From Candidatus Microgenomatus sp. (lineage in GTDB: Bacteria; Patescibacteriota; Minisyncoccia; UBA6257; GWB1-50-10), in NCBI GenBank assembly GCA_020724805.1, contig DYGI01000001.1, positions 239,157-303,156 on the forward strand: a stretch of DNA of 64,000 nucleotides, written 5' to 3'. This document shows positions 57,801 through 64,000 of the stretch, in pieces; within the stretch, counting starts at the first letter, position 1, and the number at the start of each line of letters is the position of its first letter. The notes beneath the pieces are model-generated. The model saw only the letters and a list, made by a program, of their open reading frames with translations. It had not been told where the DNA came from and ran no database searches. The position numbers and the translations under genes were made by a program.

Positions 57801-59543
57801 ATGTCAGACAAAACCGTTGTGCCGGGTCCGTACCAATGGGTGCGGCAACCCGTGGGATACCACTTCACTCCACTTGAAGAAATGGCGCTTCGCCGGTTCT
57901 TCACCAACGTGAATCTGCGCGTGTTCTTCATCTACGGCTTGCCACCGTCGGTGCAGGCGGCGCTCCTCTCGATGTATTCGAGAATGGAAAATGAGCGCGG
58001 TATCCGCGGGCATTTCGTCGACAATCTTCTCCCTCTCATACTTCTGAGTTTCTCGAAGGAGTTTGAAAAGGAGCCGGAAAGCGACGAGGAACTCAAGGGG
58101 CTTGTCCAAGGGATGCAGAAGTTTGTGAGGGAGCATCAGTTGGTCACCCTCGATCGATTCGTCGGGTATTCGGTGGAACACGAGAAGTTGCTCAGAGATT
58201 TCATCGATGCCGCGGCGAACCCGAAATACTTCGAGAAGCTCGCGTCATCGCCGCGATTCCGCTGGTTCATGACGCTTTTCTTGGACAAGTACGGGCACAA
58301 CTCCATCGCGCGGGGCGCAATGCTCACGTTTGGCGCCGAGGATGTTTCTATCCTCGCGGCAAAGTCTATGGAATGGGGTCGCCCTGGCGCCGGCTACATT
58401 GAGCTCTCCACCCGCTTCGTGCGGATGGACAAGGCAGATCTTTACCCGTTCTGGAATGAACTGTCGATCGGTGAATTTGATCGGGATCTCGTCCAAGACG
58501 TGGAAAAGGAAACGCGCGAAGCGCTCGGGCTCTACCAGGCGCTCATGAAAGAGGGTGAACTTGAGGCGTTTTTCAGCGAATTACATCGCGCGCGCGTGCC
58601 GGAAAAGGAACTCGCCGCGGCGGTGAAGGGCGAGGCGTGCGATCTCCTCGGCAATCTTTTGCCGGCGGCAACTCTCACTTCACTGGGCGTTTCGGTGAGC
58701 GGAGAGGCCTTTCCCGAGCTCATCAGGCATCTCATTCTCGATAACACCTCTGAAAATGTCGCGCTTGCCAACCTCATTATGGAGGAATCAAAAAAGGTGG
58801 GCGGCGACCAGTTTCTGAGACACGTCGAGGTAACGGCGGCAAAGCGATGGGATTGGTCGTATCTTGAGACCAATAACTTCCGGAACGGCGCCGGGCTCAT
58901 GAATCCCGCTATCATCGACTGGATAGGGGACGAGCATACGCGTCTTATGGCGAAGATGGCGCTTGCGTGCCAGGATCGCAAAGGAGGAATCGATGCGCTG
59001 AAGCCGGACGTTTCCGATCGTGGGCCGTATGACAAACTCCCGAACCAGTTCGAATACTTCTCTGGTTTCTTCCGGGGAGTGATGAGCTTCCGGGGATGGC
59101 GCGATCTCCATCGGCAGGGATTCTGCACACATTTCCGCACGTATCTCACGCCGGAAATCGGATTCTACCGGTACGACAAGCCCGCACCTTCATGGCTTGA
59201 TGTTCGTTTCAGTGAAGTGCATGCGGTGAACGCCATGCTCTATCAGCGCATGCGAACTGCCGGTCTCTCCGAAGAGGCGTGCCAGTACCCGCTTTCGTTG
59301 GGGAACATGGTGGGATTCCAGGCGGGAGGAAATCTCGCGCAGTGGGAGTTCGTGCTCTGGCAACGGAGCAAGTTCTCGGTGAATCACGAGGTGCGACAGG
59401 TTGCGCTCCAGATGGATGCTGCGCTTTGCAAGGCGTATTCCTTCTGGAAGGATATCGCTCGTACCGACCGCACTCCCGCATATCTCTTTGCGCGGACCTC
59501 GAAGGGAATTCCCTACGAACCTGCGGCAGAGACGGTAGGGTAG
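57801..59543 (+). CDS. thyX: Long, tandem-domain FAD-dependent thymidylate synthase-like protein
   Basis: AL.SMYSR, YGHNSIA, E.STRFV, LLPAATLTSLG, RDLHR, R......H.EVR; GAGGTG upstream. Confidence 0.72.
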   Translation: MSDKTVVPGPYQWVRQPVGYHFTPLEEMALRRFFTNVNLRVFFIYGLPPSVQAALLSMYSRMENERGIRGHFVDNLLPLILLSFSKEFEKEPESDEELKGLVQGMQKFVREHQLVTLDRFVGYSVEHEKLLRDFIDAAANPKYFEKLASSPRFRWFMTLFLDKYGHNSIARGAMLTFGAEDVSILAAKSMEWGRPGAGYIELSTRFVRMDKADLYPFWNELSIGEFDRDLVQDVEKETREALGLYQALMKEGELEAFFSELHRARVPEKELAAAVKGEACDLLGNLLPAATLTSLGVSVSGEAFPELIRHLILDNTSENVALANLIMEESKKVGGDQFLRHVEVTAAKRWDWSYLETNNFRNGAGLMNPAIIDWIGDEHTRLMAKMALACQDRKGGIDALKPDVSDRGPYDKLPNQFEYFSGFFRGVMSFRGWRDLHRQGFCTHFRTYLTPEIGFYRYDKPAPSWLDVRFSEVHAVNAMLYQRMRTAGLSEEACQYPLSLGNMVGFQAGGNLAQWEFVLWQRSKFSVNHEVRQVALQMDAALCKAYSFWKDIARTDRTPAYLFARTSKGIPYEPAAETVG

Positions 59544-59552
59544 CAGCTCATG

Positions 59553-59590
59553 TCCCGTCCCGATGCATTCGCATCGTGGACGGGATTTTT
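59553..59590 (+). terminator. Intrinsic terminator
   Basis: TCCCGTCC-CGATGC-ATTC-GCATCG-TGGACGGGA-TTTTT. Confidence 0.75.
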
Positions 59591-59604
59591 GTTATAATGC
59601 TTGT

Positions 59605-60159
59605 ATGAAAAAGCAATGGTGGATTGTGATTGTGGTTGTAGCGGTAACACTCCTTTATGGATGGAGCGCGTACAACGGTTTTGTGGGGAAAAATGAGGCA
59701 GTGGGCGGGCAATGGGCGCAGGTGGAAACGGCGTACCAGCGGCGCTTCGACCTCATCCCTAACCTCGTCGAGTCGGTGAAGGGAATTATGGCGCAGGAGC
59801 AGGAGGTGTTCGGGGCGATTGCCGAGGCGCGCACGCGCTACGCGGGCGCGGGGACGATTGATGAAAAAGCGGCTGCGGCGACGCAGGTGGAAAGCGCTTT
59901 GGGGCGACTCCTCGTCATTATGGAAAATTATCCCCAGCTTCGGTCGGTAGAAAGCGTGAATTCCCTTATGGTGGAGCTTGCGGGGACGGAAAACCGCGTA
60001 GCGGTGGAGCGGCGGCGTTTCAACGACGCGGTGCGCGAACTGAACGTGGCGGTGAAGCGCTTTCCCGGCAATATAGTCGCGAACATCTTCGGTTTTGATG
60101 AGCGTGCATATTTTGAGGCGGCGGACGGTGCGGAAGAGGCGCCGCAGGTGGAGTTCTAA
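59605..60159 (+). CDS. lemA: LemA family protein
   Basis: YN..V, W.QVE..YQRR.DLIPNLV, ENYPQL, GTENRVAVERRRFN, FP.N..A..FGF. Confidence 0.95.
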   Translation: MKKQWWIVIVVVAVTLLYGWSAYNGFVGKNEAVGGQWAQVETAYQRRFDLIPNLVESVKGIMAQEQEVFGAIAEARTRYAGAGTIDEKAAAATQVESALGRLLVIMENYPQLRSVESVNSLMVELAGTENRVAVERRRFNDAVRELNVAVKRFPGNIVANIFGFDERAYFEAADGAEEAPQVEF

Positions 60160-60160
60160 G

Positions 60161-61027
60161 ATGAAGCAAGTTCTCTCGCTTGCTCTTTTTGCGGGGCTCC
60201 TTGGAGTCCCGCTCTTCGCTTCCGCGTATGTAAGCCCCGGGGCGCCCACGGGTTTTGTGAACGATTTTGCGGGAATGTTTGCGCCGAGCGAGGTTACTGA
60301 TTTGGAGGCAAAGCTTGCGGCGTACGCGCAATCGAGCGGCAATGAACTCGCCGTAGTAACAGTGCCGACGCTCGCCGGCGATCCCATCGAAGACTACGCG
60401 GAGACGCTCTTTAAAGAATGGGGCATCGGTAAGGCAAAGGAAGACAACGGCATACTGTTTCTTATCGCGCAGGATGACCGGGAGATGAGGATCGAGGTGG
60501 GGTATGGGCTTGAGCCGGAGCTTACCGACACGGAGAGCGCTGTCATCATTCGGAATATTCTGATACCCGCATTTCAAAGCGGAGCGTACGGAAGGGGAGT
60601 GATGGAGGCGGTGGACGCGGTGGTGGAAGCCATCGGTGGGGAGTATTTACCTCCGCCCGCGCCGACGCCCTCGATGACCTTTAACTGGTTCTGGGCGCTC
60701 GTGTTCATCCCCGTGTGGCTCGCGAGTATTCTCGGGCGGTCAAAGTCATGGTGGGCGGGGGGCGTTATCGGCGGCGTTTTTGGTGTTGTAATCGGTTTCA
60801 TGTCCGGATTTCTATGGGCCGGTATTGCGGCGATTGTGGTTTTCACGCCGCTCGGACTCCTCTTTGATTTTGCGGTATCGCGCGCGTACGCGCGCGGAAA
60901 AGCCAGCGGTCATTTTCCATGGTGGATTGGCGGAGGCCACGGCGGCGGACACGGAGGATTTGGTGGGGGATTTGGCGGTTTCGGTGGTGGCCACTCGGGC
61001 GGCGGCGGCGCGAGTGGACGGTGGTAA
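60161..61027 (+). CDS. TPM domain membrane protein (YgcG-like)
   Basis: VNDFAG, WGIG....DNGILFL...DRE.RIEVGYGLE, Gly-rich tail GGGGASGRW. Confidence 0.92.
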   Translation: MKQVLSLALFAGLLGVPLFASAYVSPGAPTGFVNDFAGMFAPSEVTDLEAKLAAYAQSSGNELAVVTVPTLAGDPIEDYAETLFKEWGIGKAKEDNGILFLIAQDDREMRIEVGYGLEPELTDTESAVIIRNILIPAFQSGAYGRGVMEAVDAVVEAIGGEYLPPPAPTPSMTFNWFWALVFIPVWLASILGRSKSWWAGGVIGGVFGVVIGFMSGFLWAGIAAIVVFTPLGLLFDFAVSRAYARGKASGHFPWWIGGGHGGGHGGFGGGFGGFGGGHSGGGGASGRW

Positions 61028-61056
61028 AAGTTCGTTATAAGTTAATAGTCGGTCAT

Positions 61057-61144
61057 GGAGGAGTCGCCTAGAGGCCTATGGCGCGCGCTTGGAAAGCGCG
61101 TTTGGCGCAAGCCATCGTGGGTTCGAATCCCACCTCCTCCGCCA
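61057..61144 (+). tRNA. tRNA-Ser(GGA) with encoded CCA
   Basis: GGAGGAG acceptor, CGCGC-TT-GGA-AA-GCGCG, long variable arm, GGTTCGAATCC, G-CCA end. Confidence 0.96.
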
Positions 61145-61761
61145 TGGAGAAATTTAAAACATTCACCATGTGGTTTACGCTCGCGCTCATTGTCGCGGGT
61201 TTTGTGTCGTTCGAACTTCCTGATGGCGAGGAGCCGACGTTTTGTACGTTGGACGCCATGCAGTGCCCGGACGGTTCCTACGTGGGTCGCACGGGACCGA
61301 AATGCGAATTTGCGGCGTGTCCCGCCCCGGAAGCCGACAAGGATTGGGCGACTCTGACCGATGAAGAAACCGGCATTTCCTTCCGGTATCCGGAGAAATT
61401 TTTCACCATTTATATAGATGCGTACGATTGGCCGCCGCAGGTACGGACGATGGAGGGCCCTCTCGTGTGCGCAGAGGCAGGAGAAATAGACGGACGCGCC
61501 GGAAGAACCGAAGAGCGCATGGTGGACGATAGAATATATTGTGTGACGGAAGTGGTGGGTGTGGCGGCGGGAAGCATGTACACGCAGTATGCCTACTCGT
61601 TCGAGAAGGATGGAAGGGTAGTCATTCTCACCCTTACCTCCCGGGCCTCGCAGTGTGGTAACTACGAAGACCCCTTGAGAGACGAATGCGAGCGGGAGCG
61701 GGAGGCGTTCGATATTGATGGCGTTATCGATAGGGTGGCAAGGAGTGTGCGGTTTGAGTAA
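61144..61761 (+). CDS. Secreted/membrane-anchored Cys-motif protein
   Basis: TM then CTLDAMQCPDGSYVGRTGPKCEFAACP; later G.AAGS.Y..Y.Y; ATG shares its A with the tRNA CCA. Confidence 0.75.
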   Translation: MEKFKTFTMWFTLALIVAGFVSFELPDGEEPTFCTLDAMQCPDGSYVGRTGPKCEFAACPAPEADKDWATLTDEETGISFRYPEKFFTIYIDAYDWPPQVRTMEGPLVCAEAGEIDGRAGRTEERMVDDRIYCVTEVVGVAAGSMYTQYAYSFEKDGRVVILTLTSRASQCGNYEDPLRDECEREREAFDIDGVIDRVARSVRFE

Positions 61762-61770
61762 AATGGAGCT

Positions 61771-62196
61771 ATGAACAATAAAGCAGTGTGGTACGCGGTC
61801 GGCGGGCTTGTCGTGCTCGTCGCGGCATATTTTCTTTTTATGAACGATTCGAACGTACGGGTGCTTTCGGGCGGTTTGAAAGTCGAAGACATGCTGGTGG
61901 GAACGGGCGCGGAAGCGGTGACGGGCGCTACGGTCTCGGTGCATTACATGGGGTGGCTTACGGACGGCAAGAAATTCGACAGTTCGCTTGACCGGGGCGA
62001 GCCCTTCTCCTTCCCGCTCGGCGCCGGATATGTCATCAAGGGATGGGACGAAGGCGTGGTGGGGATGAAAGTGGGTGGCAAGCGTAAACTCACCATTCCG
62101 CCTGAACTCGGTTACGGAAGCGCCGATGTGGGAGGCGGCCTCATTCCGCCGAACTCCACACTTATCTTCGAAGTGGATCTTTTGGCGGTGAATTAA
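61771..62196 (+). CDS. FKBP-type peptidyl-prolyl isomerase with N-terminal TM
   Basis: [48 protein letters not shown]. Confidence 0.95.
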   Translation: MNNKAVWYAVGGLVVLVAAYFLFMNDSNVRVLSGGLKVEDMLVGTGAEAVTGATVSVHYMGWLTDGKKFDSSLDRGEPFSFPLGAGYVIKGWDEGVVGMKVGGKRKLTIPPELGYGSADVGGGLIPPNSTLIFEVDLLAVN

Positions 62197-62774
62197 TGAA
62201 ACGAGTATTTATTGTGCACGGATGGGGTGGGTACCCCGACGAAGGATGGTTCCCGTGGCTTAAAAAAGAAATGGAGGCAAGGGGATTTGAGGTTCACGTG
62301 CCTTCCATGCCGAATCCGTTGACTCCCACGATGGAGGAATGGATTCCCTATCTCGCACGCGCGGTGGGAGAGCCCGACCTGCAAACCTATTTTGTGGGCC
62401 ACAGCATCGGGTGCCCCACCATCATCCACTATCTTGCCACGCTTCCTCGAGGTGCGCGTGTGGGGGGCGTGGTGTTTGTGGCACCGTGGTTCATGTTGAA
62501 AAATTTGGAATCTGAGGATGAAGAGAAAATAGCGGCTCCATGGCTCACCACTCCTGTGGATTTTGATAAGGTGAAAGCGGCCACCTCACGTTTTAAAGCT
62601 ATATTCTCAGACGACGACCCTTTTGTGTCGTACGACGACAATGCCCCGATTTTTCAAGAGAAACTTGGCGCGGAGATAGTGTTGGAGCGCGGGAAACAGC
62701 ATTTGAACGGCGAAGCAAACGTCACCGAGCTTCCGTCTGCGCGCGACGCGCTTTTGGAAATGGCGGGTGGATAA
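62196..62774 (+). CDS. RBBP9/YdeN family alpha/beta hydrolase
   Basis: IVHG..G....WFPWL, VGHSIG, S.DDP.V, terminal H. Confidence 0.9.
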   Translation: MKRVFIVHGWGGYPDEGWFPWLKKEMEARGFEVHVPSMPNPLTPTMEEWIPYLARAVGEPDLQTYFVGHSIGCPTIIHYLATLPRGARVGGVVFVAPWFMLKNLESEDEEKIAAPWLTTPVDFDKVKAATSRFKAIFSDDDPFVSYDDNAPIFQEKLGAEIVLERGKQHLNGEANVTELPSARDALLEMAGG

Positions 62775-62838
62775 ACCAGAGTTACTTTTCTTTTCCGTGA
62801 TCGTATAGTTATTCAAAGGCCGACCATTTTTATTTGCT

Positions 62839-63585
62839 ATGAACGACACCAATAAATCGACTGTAGGAGCGTTGATTCTGGGTCTCTCGCTCATCATTGG
62901 ATTTGCCGCACACGGGTGGCTTTTTTCGCAGGGGAGAGTAGTGGACACCGTTACCGTGACGGGGTCCGTAAAAACGAAAGTGACCGCGGACCTCGCAAAA
63001 TGGACCGCGAGTTTTTCCCGTCAGGCCACCAAAGCGAATGTGAAGGAAGTGCTTTCGCTTTCCGCCCGCGATAACCAATCTATTCGAGAGTTCATTATGG
63101 GTCTTGGGATTCCGGAGAATGCCATCACATTTCTTCCTACTAACACCGACCCCCTCTATGAGGGGAAGGAATCGCAGTACGGTGGATATATTCCGAGCCA
63201 GGAAGTGACAGGGTACAACGTGAGACAAGAGGTGCGGGTGGAAAGCGCGGATATCGCGAAGATCGAAGAGTTGGCATCCAAGGCGAAAGACCTTGTGGAT
63301 CGCGGTGTGGTGCCCGAGTATCAGAGGACGGAATATTTCTACACCAAGCTCGCGGAGCTTCGTCCGCAACTTTTTGCGGATGCGACGAAGGATGCGTACG
63401 AACGCGCGAAGGCAATTGCGAGCGGCACCGGAGCTACGGTAGGCGCCTTGAAAACCGCCAAGACGGGCGTTATCCAAATTCTCGCCCCAAACTCCTTGGA
63501 TGTTGCTGATTGGGGAGCATACGACACTTCCACAAAAGAGAAGGAAATAAGCGCGACGGTGACGGTTTCATTCGCGCTCAAATAG
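62839..63585 (+). CDS. SIMPL (DUF541) domain protein
   Basis: TM; V.VTG, ADLA.W, A.KDA..RA..IA..TG..VG.L, V.VSF. Confidence 0.85.
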   Translation: MNDTNKSTVGALILGLSLIIGFAAHGWLFSQGRVVDTVTVTGSVKTKVTADLAKWTASFSRQATKANVKEVLSLSARDNQSIREFIMGLGIPENAITFLPTNTDPLYEGKESQYGGYIPSQEVTGYNVRQEVRVESADIAKIEELASKAKDLVDRGVVPEYQRTEYFYTKLAELRPQLFADATKDAYERAKAIASGTGATVGALKTAKTGVIQILAPNSLDVADWGAYDTSTKEKEISATVTVSFALK

Positions 63586-63739
63586 CGGAATAAGTTGATT
63601 CTTACAAAACAAGTTGCTCCGCAGCTTGTTTTGGTTTAGGGTCAATACAGACCCCACCACAATTCAATCCACTAAACCCGTTCCGATGGAGGAGCCATCG
63701 CGAATCCTCGGCGAAAGTCGGGACGAAAGGAGGTGTGTG

Positions 63740-64000
63740 ATGATACGCGAGAAAACTATCACCTGGTACCTATATTCGGACGATGTCCATACGCAAGCCG
63801 CTATTGTTCGGGAGCTCGACCCCAACAAGGATTTTGCGTTGGGTAAGATGTGCGCCGACGGCACTTCCAAGAATTTATGGAAGACCGACTATACACTCAT
63901 CACTCGGCTCAAGAAGAGCGTGAAAAAAGGTGAGGCGTATGATTTCCTGGTCTATTGGCAGGAAAACGACGGCCCCATCAAGCTTTTCGAAGGATTCCCG
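63740..64000 (+). CDS. Orphan protein, runs off the window end
   Basis: AAGGAGGTG 63727-63735 then ATG; frame open for 87 codons (MIREKTITWYLYSDD...). Confidence 0.6.
   Translation, partial: MIREKTITWYLYSDDVHTQAAIVRELDPNKDFALGKMCADGTSKNLWKTDYTLITRLKKSVKKGEAYDFLVYWQENDGPIKLFEGFP

Overview
A gene-dense, mostly + strand chromosomal segment of a Patescibacteria (CPR, Parcubacteria-like) bacterium using genetic code 11. It carries uvrB/uvrA, a glycolysis/pentose-phosphate cluster (gap, rpiB, rpe, split transketolase, PfkB kinase, fba), an N-terminally truncated RF1, rplY/rpmE, a stand-alone 16S rRNA gene lacking the CCUCC anti-Shine-Dalgarno, a type IV pilus locus, tpiA-rodA-mltG-rpoBC-rpsF-ssb-rpsR, parAB, rel, groESL with a variant CIRCE, a long ThyX-like gene, tRNA-Leu(CAA) and tRNA-Ser(GGA). 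The most unusual signals are non-coding. (1) Three ~120-bp elements with CCCGTTAG...CTAACGGG terminal inverted repeats sit exactly in the start codons of rpe, pilC and ssb; each duplicates the first 5 nt (ATGGA/ATGAA) and leaves a short uORF. (2) Arrays of ATTGAA and TTCAAT with 7-8-nt period bracket a four-helix-bundle (Avd-like) gene, and four gene-less copies of the same array pair lie at nearby gene junctions. (3) ~24-nt and 36-nt palindromic repeats are inserted in frame in housekeeping proteins. (4) Many core genes have a -10 box 6-9 nt before the start codon (leaderless-like), whereas orphan cassettes carry strong SD motifs despite the anti-SD-less 16S. All calls come from reading the sequence and motif recognition; no database searches were run.
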